From assembly GCA_900316345.1 (NCBI GenBank), contig ONCR01000011.1, positions 7,257 to 71,256 of the forward strand: a DNA stretch of 64,000 nt. Reading direction: 5' to 3'. Of the stretch, positions 28,595 through 37,935 are shown piece after piece. The stretch comes from an uncultured Eubacteriales bacterium (lineage in GTDB: Bacteria > Bacillota > Clostridia > Oscillospirales > Acutalibacteraceae). The notes beneath the pieces are model-generated. The model did no database searches. It was given only the letters and a program-made list of their open reading frames with translations, and had not been told where the DNA came from. Made by a program: the position numbers and the translations under genes. The first letter of the stretch is position 1. Every line of letters starts with the position of its first letter.

Positions 28595-29322
28595 TTATTT
28601 CACTTTGACTTTGATTGTTCTACAGAGTCCGTTCTGTGCGTAAACATAAATGGTAACGGTACCCTTTTTCTTCGCTTTGATATTGCCTTTTGAATCTACG
28701 GTTGCAATCTTTTTATTGCTGCTTTCGTAGCGGAATTTTGCAATATGGGTTGCAACCTTGCCTTTGCTTAGAAGCGTGGCTTTGATTTTCGTTTTCTTGC
28801 CTTTTTTAAGAGTAATCTTTGCTTTCTTTAACTTAATACCCGTCGGGTTGCCTTTTTTACCGCCCGGGGTTGCACAGTGAACAGATTTTGATTTACTCAT
28901 TATCCTGTTGCCCGCGGCAGTCTTTTTGTAGGCTACGACGATATATTTATAATACTTACCCTTCTTTAGCTTTTTGAAGGTATATTTAACCGCTTTCGGA
29001 TTTGCTACGGTTGCCGCCCTTTCAAGCTTGTTTCCGCAGGGCGCGGCATAAATTATATATCCGTCCGCTCCGCTGACTGTTTTCCACGAAACGGTAATAT
29101 TGGTTTTCTTTGTTGTTGCTTTAAGCTTAAGCGGCGCATAAGCCGAGCCTGAAACGTCCTTTTTATCCGTGTTGGTTTTCTTGATAAGCTCCTCCGTTTT
29201 CTCCTCCGTAGGCATCGCCGCCTCCTCGGGAGTCAGAACGGGAGCGGGCTCTTTGTAATTGGGATTAGCAACGTTGCAACGCTTGCACACTTTTTCGTTG
29301 TCGCCGAAATCGTGACCGAGCG
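28595..29322 (-). repeat. Direct repeat copy B (3' coding module shared by two surface-protein genes)
   Basis: Partner of 25543..26270. Similarity ends sharply upstream of the LGHDFGDNEKVCKRC motif. Confidence 0.9.
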
Positions 29323-31081
29323 GAGCGGTTATTCCGTAGCCGACAATATCGGCAATTTCTGTTGTTCCAGTTTCCTCTTCATAGTATTTTCCGCAAACAT
29401 CGCAAACGTAATATGCGCTTTTACCGCCGTTTAAGCAATCCGCCTGAACTTCATCAACCTTTGTAAGCTGATGGAGCGCGAGAGTTCCGTATTCAAACGA
29501 ATTAACGGGGTCGGCTTCGCCGCAACGGGAGCAGCTGTAATAATACTCTGCAACGTTTTTACAGGTTGCCGCGGTTTTAAGGTACTTATCCTCCGTGCTT
29601 TGCGCCGAATAATCGTGGTCCAAAGCGTCAATGATTCCCCACGTATCTATATCCGCAATTACGGTATTTCCGTTTTCATCCTCAAAGTCTTTTCCGCAGC
29701 CGGAGCAATGATAATACGCTTCCTTTCCCGCGGTAACGCAATCCGCTGCAACCTCAGCAACAGGTGTCATTGTGTGAGTATGAAGATACAACGCGGCTTC
29801 GTCGCCGAGCATTTTCACCTCATATCCGTCGTCGGAGAAAAAGAACTCTGACGGCTCATCGTTTTCGTGATAGGTTTTGAAGCCCTCGGTGAAAGCTATC
29901 GGATTTTCCGCATCCGGAACTTTTTCCGAATCGATTCCGATAGACGCACCGTCTGTTAATTCATCTGCTATAGTAATAATCCTGTCGGTATATTGGTTTG
30001 ACAGGTACATATTTGATTCGGAATACTCGGTAGTATATTCCGTATAGTTATAATTGTATATTTTTTTCTCTTTCTTGTTTCCTGCTATAACCACGTTTCC
30101 CGAAATTGTGCAGGTGCCGCCGATAGTTACGCCGACTCCGCGGGGGTTTCGGGGGAGGTAGCCGCCGGTCTGGTAAGAAGCAATATTTTCGGTAATGCTG
30201 CCACCGGTCATAACAAAGGAACCACTGGAATATACGCCCGCGCCGAACCCTGAGTTATAATCATCGGCGTGAGTGGTATTTTTAGTGATGCTTCCGCCGT
30301 TCATTATAAACGAGCTGCCTTCTCCCTGACTAACGCCGCCGCCGGAGCCGGAGCTGTTTTCGGATATAACACCGTCGTTCATTACAAATGAATTGCCGCT
30401 GCCGTAAATGGATACGCCGCCTCCGTTTGAGCCGGCGCTGTTTTTACTTATTTCGCCGCCGTTCATCGTAAAGGTTCCGCCGTTCCTTAAGCATACGCCG
30501 CCGCCGGGGTTATAAGAAGAGTTATTCGTTATCTTTCCGCCGTGCATATTGAAGGTGCCGCCTTCGGTAACAAAAACGCCGCCTCCGGTTCCGTAATTCG
30601 ACGCGTTGTTTTCGGTAACTTCACCGCCGTACATATTCAGAGTACCACCCATAACGCAGAAGCCGCCTCCGGTATAAATTGTTCCCGAATCACTGTACTG
30701 ACTGCTGTAACCGCCGGTTATTTTTCCCGTTTCGCCGCTGTCATACAGGTTCAGCGTTCCGCTGACATAGATAACATAACCGTTTCTTGTTCTGCTTTCC
30801 ATATTACGGTCAACCGTAAAGCCGTTAAGGTCAAGGGTAACGGTTTTACCGTAGGGAACGGAAAGACCGCTGTCCCTGTTGTGAACGGGGTCAACCGCGT
30901 CCTCGCCGAGCTTTATATTACCGCCGAGCGCCATTTTTTCTTTCAGCGCAGACCAGCTGTAAACTACCCACGGGTTATCCTCTGTTCCGCTTCCCGTTGT
31001 TGGGGTTTCGCTTTCGGCAAATACGGGGGTTGCCGAAAGAAGAAGCATTATTGCCAATAAAATCGATAAAAATTTTTTCAT
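28595..31081 (-). CDS. Secreted surface protein with a signal peptide, Pmp-like GGG-x-F-x-M-x-GG-x-I-x-x-N repeats, three Cys-rich motifs and the shared FN3-like/Big_2-like C-terminal module
   Basis: ORF 28595..31141. I prefer the Met at 31081 (MKKFLSILLAIMLLLSATPVFA), which has a GAGGGAG RBS. About 6 repeats of ~27 aa (GGGV.....GTF.M.GG.I..N) suggest a polymorphic-membrane-protein-like beta-helix. Confidence 0.8.
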   Translation of the reverse strand: MKKFLSILLAIMLLLSATPVFAESETPTTGSGTEDNPWVVYSWSALKEKMALGGNIKLGEDAVDPVHNRDSGLSVPYGKTVTLDLNGFTVDRNMESRTRNGYVIYVSGTLNLYDSGETGKITGGYSSQYSDSGTIYTGGGFCVMGGTLNMYGGEVTENNASNYGTGGGVFVTEGGTFNMHGGKITNNSSYNPGGGVCLRNGGTFTMNGGEISKNSAGSNGGGVSIYGSGNSFVMNDGVISENSSGSGGGVSQGEGSSFIMNGGSITKNTTHADDYNSGFGAGVYSSGSFVMTGGSITENIASYQTGGYLPRNPRGVGVTIGGTCTISGNVVIAGNKKEKKIYNYNYTEYTTEYSESNMYLSNQYTDRIITIADELTDGASIGIDSEKVPDAENPIAFTEGFKTYHENDEPSEFFFSDDGYEVKMLGDEAALYLHTHTMTPVAEVAADCVTAGKEAYYHCSGCGKDFEDENGNTVIADIDTWGIIDALDHDYSAQSTEDKYLKTAATCKNVAEYYYSCSRCGEADPVNSFEYGTLALHQLTKVDEVQADCLNGGKSAYYVCDVCGKYYEEETGTTEIADIVGYGITAPLGHDFGDNEKVCKRCNVANPNYKEPAPVLTPEEAAMPTEEKTEELIKKTNTDKKDVSGSAYAPLKLKATTKKTNITVSWKTVSGADGYIIYAAPCGNKLERAATVANPKAVKYTFKKLKKGKYYKYIVVAYKKTAAGNRIMSKSKSVHCATPGGKKGNPTGIKLKKAKITLKKGKKTKIKATLLSKGKVATHIAKFRYESSNKKIATVDSKGNIKAKKKGTVTIYVYAQNGLCRTIKVKVK

Positions 31082-31203
31082 AACTATACTCCCTCTCATT
31101 TTTGAAAAAATGTATGGTATGCGCTGATTATATATTATCACAAAAAATATCTAATGTAAAGTTAACTTCATATAAATAGACTTATATTGATTTTAAATAA
31201 CAT

Positions 31204-31231
31204 TTACACGGCAAAATAAATGTGGTATAAT
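31204..31231 (+). promoter_or_regulatory. Putative sigma-A promoter of the femX-like/racemase operon
   Basis: TTACAC, a 16-nt spacer ending in TG-G, then TATAAT, about 30 nt upstream of the AGGAGAAG RBS and the ATG at 31263. Confidence 0.5.
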
Positions 31232-31262
31232 AACACTAATATATTTACAGGAGAAGCCTAAT

Positions 31263-32300
31263 ATGATTGAAAGAGTTAATAACGACAATCTTAACGAATA
31301 CGAAGAATTTATAAAACGCCATCCGAAGGGTCTGTTTCAGCACTCTTCAAAGTGGGCAAAGGTTAAGTCAGCCTGGAAGTGGGAAGCGGTTATGCTTAAA
31401 AACGACGACGGCTCAGTAAGAGCCGCCGCAGCGGTGCTTATACGCTCAATCCCCGTTATAGGCAATTCGCTTATGTATGCCTGCAGAGGTTTTGTTGCGG
31501 ACGAGGATGATTTTGAAGCGTTTGACGAGCTGTTCGACGCGCTTCTTAAAATCGGCAAGGAATACAAGGCGTACTGCCTTAAAATTGACCCCGAAATAGT
31601 AATAGAAAACGAAGCGTACAAAAAGCACCTTAAGGATAAAGGCTTTATTGAGCTGAACCCCGGCTGTATGGATTTTGAAAACGTTCAGCCGCGTTTCGTT
31701 TACTGCTTTGATTATAACGGTATGACGGAGGAGGAGCTTATGCTCACCTTCAAGCCCGATTATCGCAACAGAATAAGAAAAGCCACGAAAAAGGGCGTTG
31801 AGGTTAAAATCTGCGGCAAGGAAGCGCTTGACGATTTTGTTGCTATTATGGCTGAAACGGGAGAGCGTGACGGCTTTTCAACAAGGCCGAAATGGTATTT
31901 TGAAAAAATCCTTGACTGTATGACGGATGACGCAAGGCTATATATGGCTTACTACGAGGGTAAGGCTATTGCCGGTACGCTTGCAATTAAATGGGGGCAA
32001 AACGTAATGAAATATCAGTACGGCGCGTCCTCAAACGCACACCGAAACGTTTATCCTAACTATGCGCTTCAATGGGCAATGATGCAGTGGGGTATGGAAT
32101 GCGGCTGTAAGGTTTACGACTTCGGCGGAATCAGCGGCGACTGTCAGAACCCCGATAACCCTCATTACGGCTTATGGCGCTTCAAACACGGCTTCGGCGG
32201 ATATATGAAGGAATTTGTTGGCGAGTTTGACTATGTAATCAACAAGCCTGTATATAAGCTTTACAACATCGGAACAGAGGTATTAAAGAAGATAAGATGA
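31263..32300 (+). CDS. FemAB-family peptidoglycan interpeptide-bridge aminoacyltransferase (FemX-like)
   Basis: 345 aa. N-terminal motif YEEFIKRHPKGLFQHSSKWAKVK and C-terminal motif YGLWRFKHGFGG are typical of FemABX/MurM-type tRNA-dependent transferases. Confidence 0.85.
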   Translation: MIERVNNDNLNEYEEFIKRHPKGLFQHSSKWAKVKSAWKWEAVMLKNDDGSVRAAAAVLIRSIPVIGNSLMYACRGFVADEDDFEAFDELFDALLKIGKEYKAYCLKIDPEIVIENEAYKKHLKDKGFIELNPGCMDFENVQPRFVYCFDYNGMTEEELMLTFKPDYRNRIRKATKKGVEVKICGKEALDDFVAIMAETGERDGFSTRPKWYFEKILDCMTDDARLYMAYYEGKAIAGTLAIKWGQNVMKYQYGASSNAHRNVYPNYALQWAMMQWGMECGCKVYDFGGISGDCQNPDNPHYGLWRFKHGFGGYMKEFVGEFDYVINKPVYKLYNIGTEVLKKIR

Positions 32301-33370
32301 GCAAATACGTAATTGATAAAGCAAAGCTTGATGACAACATTGAGCTTATAAAAGAAAAAGCAGGAGTTCCTCTTATAGGCGTTGTTAAAGGCAACGGCTA
32401 CGGCTTCGGAATCAGGGAGTTCACTCTCGCGTTAAAAGAGCACGGAATTAAAACTTTCGCCGTTACAGAGGTTACTGACATTCCGGTTTTAAAGGAAATT
32501 CTTGACGACGGGGACATACTTGTTATGCGCTCAACCTGCGTTGAAAGCGAAGCAAGGATAATTGCCGAAAACGGCTGTATTGCAACTATAGGCTCGCTTG
32601 AAGCGGCAGAAGTAATGAGCAGGGTTTCAAAAGAGCTTGGCGTAACAACAAAATGCCACCTAAAAATTGATACCGGAATGGCGCGCTACGGCTTTATGCC
32701 GAGCGAGGTTGAAAGCGCAATTAAATGCTATGCGCTTGAAAACCTAAGCTTCACCGGCGCATACACGCATTTTTCCTCGGCATTCCGCAACAGCGAGCTT
32801 ACAAAGGCGCAGCTTGTTATGTTCAAGGATACAATGGAGCAGATTAAAAAAGCAGTCGGCGAAATCGGAACAATGCATTGCGCCAACTCCCCCGCTCTGC
32901 TTAACGTTGAAGACGTTTGCCTTGACAGCGTAAGAATCGGTTCCGCATTTACGGGAAGAGTTATTACAAGAAGCAAGCTTCCGCTTAACCGTTTAGGTTC
33001 GCTTGAAGCCGAGGTTGTTGATGTTAAAACCGTCCCCGCAGGATATAAAATCGGATACAACGGAACATACACAACAAAGCGCGAAACAAAAATCGCCATA
33101 GTTCCCATAGGGCACTACGACGGTTTCGGGCTTACAAAGGAAAAAGAGCAATACGATTTAAGATACGTTTTAAGTATAATTAAAAAGTTCCTTAACAAAA
33201 AGCAGATGTACGTTCGTATTAACGGCGAGTTACACTACGTAATCGGCGGAATAGGGCTTTCGCACACCGCGGTTGATATTACGGGAACGGACATAAAACC
33301 CGGCGACCTTGCGAGCGTTGATATTTCCCCGCTTATGGTTAACCCGAGAATTGAAAGAGTTTATAAATAA
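32297..33370 (+). CDS. Alanine racemase-family PLP enzyme (divergent)
   Basis: 357 aa. The PLP-lysine motif is GVVKGNGYGFG (compare VVKANAYGHG). The second catalytic Tyr context is KIGYNGTY...IVPIGHYDGF (compare VSYG...IPIGYADG). It overlaps the femX-like stop by 4 nt. Confidence 0.75.
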   Translation: MSKYVIDKAKLDDNIELIKEKAGVPLIGVVKGNGYGFGIREFTLALKEHGIKTFAVTEVTDIPVLKEILDDGDILVMRSTCVESEARIIAENGCIATIGSLEAAEVMSRVSKELGVTTKCHLKIDTGMARYGFMPSEVESAIKCYALENLSFTGAYTHFSSAFRNSELTKAQLVMFKDTMEQIKKAVGEIGTMHCANSPALLNVEDVCLDSVRIGSAFTGRVITRSKLPLNRLGSLEAEVVDVKTVPAGYKIGYNGTYTTKRETKIAIVPIGHYDGFGLTKEKEQYDLRYVLSIIKKFLNKKQMYVRINGELHYVIGGIGLSHTAVDITGTDIKPGDLASVDISPLMVNPRIERVYK

Positions 33371-33406
33371 AAAAGAAAAGCGACTCTGAGTCGCTTTTCT
33401 TTTTTA
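33371..33406. terminator. Bidirectional terminator between the racemase (+) and groEL (-)
   Basis: GAAAAGCGACT-ctg-AGTCGCTTTTC (11 bp) is flanked by an A-run upstream and a T-run downstream. Confidence 0.85.
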
Positions 33407-33411
33407 TTATA

Positions 33412-35061
<1,650 letters not shown>

Positions 35062-35064
35062 CTA

Positions 35065-35337
<273 letters not shown>

Positions 35338-35371
35338 TTATATCACCTCTTAAATAATTTACTGTATTGAA

Positions 35372-35398
35372 TTAGCACTCTCGTTGTTCGAGTGCTAA
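35372..35398 (-). promoter_or_regulatory. CIRCE operator (HrcA binding site)
   Basis: Perfect TTAGCACTC-N9-GAGTGCTAA inverted repeat between the promoter and groES. Confidence 0.95.
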
Positions 35399-35403
35399 TA
35401 TAT

Positions 35404-35431
35404 ATTTTAGCAAGTTTTTTCCAATTGTCAA
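35404..35431 (-). promoter_or_regulatory. groESL sigma-A promoter
   Basis: Minus strand reads TTGACA, a 16-nt spacer, then TAAAAT, immediately upstream of CIRCE. Confidence 0.65.
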
Positions 35432-35481
35432 TAGTATTAACAAATTTTTTATAAAATATAGCTTTACATAAGTATTGTATT

Positions 35482-36597
35482 CTATTTGAAATACATATAA
35501 TACTGGCATTTAATCATACCGTTATAAAGCTTTCTTCTTTTATCCGCCCTGCGCCCGAAGCATTTTTCAAACTCCTCGTCGGGTGAAATGACGCCGTAAG
35601 ACCAACCGCGCTTTTGAACGAATTTATTACCCATTATACGGTAAATAGCTTCGGCTTCCTTTATATCAAGCATTCTTTCGCCATAGGGCGGATTGGTTAC
35701 AAGCGTTCCCTTTTCGGTTGTGGGATTAAAAGATTTTATATCGGCAATGCTTGCCCGGATTTTATTTGAAACACCGGCGCGCTTTGCGTTAACCGTTACA
35801 AGCTCCGCGCTGTGAGGGTCAATATCGCTTCCGAAGGCTATAAAATCGGTATCTTTTTTTACAAGCTCGCGGCTTCTTTCGCGCTCGCTCATCCATATGC
35901 TTTCCGGAATAAGGCCCCAGCGGTCAACGTCAAAATTCCTATTATGCCCCGGCGCGATATTCTGCGCAAGCATAGCGCCTTCAATAAGAATTGTTCCGCT
36001 TCCGCAACAGGGGTCATAAAGCGTATGGTAATGCCTCAGCTGTGAAAGGCGGCACATTGCGGCGGCAAGCGTTTCTCTTATAGGCGCGTCATTCCCTACG
36101 GGACGGTATCCCCTTTTATGAAGCCCTGCGCCTGAGGTATCAAGCATAACCGTAACTTCGTTTTTCATAATTGAAAACTGAATCTGATGAACCGGGCCCG
36201 TTTCCTCAAACCAGGAAATTCCGTAATCCTCTTTAAGGCTTTCAACAACCGCTTTTTTAATTATCTTCTGACAGTCGGGAATTGAATGAAGCGTTGAATT
36301 AAGCGAAAAGCCTTTAACGGGAAAGGTATCCCTGCTTCCGATAAATTCGCTCCACGGGAGTGATTTAACAGCCTGAAACAGCTCTTCAAAACTTTCGGCA
36401 TAAAATCTGTCAAGAACAATCTGAATTCTTTCCGCATATCTTGACCAGATATTTGAGCGCGCAAGAATAGTTTCATCGCCTTCAAAAAAGACGCGAGCAT
36501 TTTCGGCATTCACGTTTTCTGCGCCGAGCATTTTTAACTCCTCGGCAACAAGGCCCTCAACCCCCAAAAGGCAGGGCGCAACCATTAACATATTCAT
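35482..36597 (-). CDS. THUMP-domain class I SAM-dependent RNA methyltransferase (RlmL/YpsC-like)
   Basis: 371 aa. N-terminus LLGVEGLVAEELK (ferredoxin-like/THUMP), SAM site DPCCGSGT and catalytic NPPYGERM. Confidence 0.85.
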   Translation of the reverse strand: MNMLMVAPCLLGVEGLVAEELKMLGAENVNAENARVFFEGDETILARSNIWSRYAERIQIVLDRFYAESFEELFQAVKSLPWSEFIGSRDTFPVKGFSLNSTLHSIPDCQKIIKKAVVESLKEDYGISWFEETGPVHQIQFSIMKNEVTVMLDTSGAGLHKRGYRPVGNDAPIRETLAAAMCRLSQLRHYHTLYDPCCGSGTILIEGAMLAQNIAPGHNRNFDVDRWGLIPESIWMSERERSRELVKKDTDFIAFGSDIDPHSAELVTVNAKRAGVSNKIRASIADIKSFNPTTEKGTLVTNPPYGERMLDIKEAEAIYRIMGNKFVQKRGWSYGVISPDEEFEKCFGRRADKRRKLYNGMIKCQYYMYFK

Positions 36598-36608
36598 ATT
36601 AACCTCAT

Positions 36609-36639
36609 TAAAAACGGGCGGCCCTTTTCGGTCGCCCGT
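36609..36639 (-). terminator. Terminator after divIC-like gene
   Basis: Minus strand reads ACGGGCG-acc gaaaag ggc-CGCCCGT followed by TTTTTA. Confidence 0.7.
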
Positions 36640-36644
36640 AAGAA

Positions 36645-36950
36645 TTATTTACTTGATGAAATATCGTAGAAAACGATTTCGCCCTCCTTGGCGTAGCCCT
36701 TTTCCCTCGCCTTCTGTTCAATATATTCGTCCTTATTGTCAGAGCTGAGGATTGCTTTAACTTTATCGTTTTCATTAACCTGCTGTTCGTACTGAGCGTT
36801 TACGTCGGCAGCCTGTGCCTTAAGGCGGCTGATGTCAGAATAATTGCTGAGTAAAGTAAATGCACAGTAAACTGCAAGCAGAGCAACAAGAGCCATAACC
36901 GCAAGACGGATGACTGCTTTTTTATTCAGCTTTAATGATTTACTCTTCAA
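36645..36950 (-). CDS. divIC: Septum formation initiator family protein (DivIC/FtsB-like)
   Basis: 101 aa with one N-terminal TM helix and a coiled coil (ISRLKAQAADVNAQYEQQVNEND). It is syntenic with yabP-yabQ, as in Bacillus. Confidence 0.7.
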   Translation of the reverse strand: MKSKSLKLNKKAVIRLAVMALVALLAVYCAFTLLSNYSDISRLKAQAADVNAQYEQQVNENDKVKAILSSDNKDEYIEQKAREKGYAKEGEIVFYDISSSK

Positions 36951-37000
36951 TATATATGCACCTCTTTCAGTAACTATACAACATATATATTATAATATAT

Positions 37001-37246
37001 TTACTTACTCAATTGCAATAGTTTTTTTAAACTTTTTTTACTATTTTTTAATTTCCCTGAAAGAAATTTTAACAGTTTTACCCACGGATGTATCAAAAAG
37101 GTTAAAAACGGGAACAAAACGCGGTGAAGGCTTAAAAAATACATCACCGCCGCAAAGGCGCATAAAGCAAAGGAATACCACCTTATTTCCCCGCCGCTGA
37201 AAGCAATAAGAAAACAGATATAACTAAGCGCAAAGGCACACATCAA
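37001..37246 (-). CDS. yabQ: YabQ-like spore cortex biosynthesis membrane protein (5' end uncertain)
   Basis: Small hydrophobic ORF between yabP and divIC. The annotated TTG start at 37246 is preceded by 45 further in-frame, stop-free, hydrophobic codons (to 37381) that contain no ATG, GTG or TTG. Confidence 0.5.
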   Translation of the reverse strand: MMCAFALSYICFLIAFSGGEIRWYSFALCAFAAVMYFLSLHRVLFPFLTFLIHPWVKLLKFLSGKLKNSKKSLKKLLQLSK

Positions 37247-37362
37247 TATAAAATCGGTTATAACCTCAACGGCTTTTAACGGAAATGCTTTTTCAAACGC
37301 CGTGCAAAGGTCAAAGGCTATGGCGAAACACGCGCCGAGAATAAGATATGCAGCAACCTCAA

Positions 37363-37638
37363 TTACTGCGAAAACGCCCTTTTAAACAAGCCCTTTGCAA
37401 CACTTCTGTCGCTATAGGCAACTGCGCCGATATTTCCCTTTATCTTAACTATTCCCGTTTCAAGGTCGAGCACGTCAATATGGAGCTCGCTTCCTTTAAT
37501 AAGAAGGTCGCCCCAATCCGTGCTTGCGTTTATAACCTCCTCATTAAACGCGTCAACCGCCTTAATACCCTCAAGCTCAAGGCGCTCGCGGTTTTCCATA
37601 ATCAATATATGCTTCGCTTTACTGAATTCATCAGGCAT
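37363..37638 (-). CDS. yabP: Sporulation protein YabP
   Basis: HILIMENRERLELEGIKAVDAFNEEVINASTDWGDLLIKGSELHIDVLDLETGIVKIKGNIGAVAYSD matches the YabP family. I prefer the Met at 37638 because the longer ORF (to 37737) runs through a terminator hairpin and overlaps the upstream gene. Confidence 0.85.
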   Translation of the reverse strand: MPDEFSKAKHILIMENRERLELEGIKAVDAFNEEVINASTDWGDLLIKGSELHIDVLDLETGIVKIKGNIGAVAYSDRSVAKGLFKRAFSQ

Positions 37639-37640
37639 AA

Positions 37641-37670
37641 AAAGACCCCCGTGCAATAATATGCACGGGG
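37641..37670 (-). terminator. Hairpin/terminator between the 76-aa coiled-coil gene and yabP
   Basis: Minus strand reads CCCCGTGCA-tattat-TGCACGGGG followed by TCTTTTT, abutting the yabP ATG. Confidence 0.55.
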
Positions 37671-37702
37671 ATTTGAACTTATTCTCAAAACAAAGTAGTA
37701 AT

Positions 37703-37933
37703 CTATTTTTCTTTAAGCGATGAAACAATGTTTTCAATTTCGCTTTTTAAAGACTGAAGAACCTCTATATTCTTTTCAAGCTCACGGTTAGCCTCGTTAA
37801 GCTGCGATTCAAGATTAGAGTTGATTATCTCAAGCCTCTGGCATTCAAATTCCGATTCATTAAGAGCCGCCAGAAGCCTTGCATTTTCGTTTTTCAGTTG
37901 TTCAATTTCTTTTTGTTTTGGAGTTATAGCCAT
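37703..37933 (-). CDS. Hypothetical 76-aa coiled-coil protein
   Basis: Heptad-rich sequence (EIEQLKNENARLLAALNESE...LESQLNEANRELEKNIEVLQSLKSEIENI) starting 3 nt after the stop of the PrsA-like gene. No family is recognised. Confidence 0.5.
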   Translation of the reverse strand: MAITPKQKEIEQLKNENARLLAALNESEFECQRLEIINSNLESQLNEANRELEKNIEVLQSLKSEIENIVSSLKEK

Positions 37934-37935
37934 AA

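Noticed and set aside
25543-29322. The ~726-nt direct repeats as ends of a mobile element or composite transposon.
   Set aside because: Both copies are in-frame 3' coding modules of intact genes. There is no transposase, integrase, inverted terminal repeat or target-site duplication. Gene duplication or conversion explains them.
37639-37737. A longer form of YabP starting at 37737.
   Set aside because: It would read through a 9-bp GC-rich hairpin plus U-tract and overlap the upstream 76-aa gene. The extra 33 residues show no YabP similarity.
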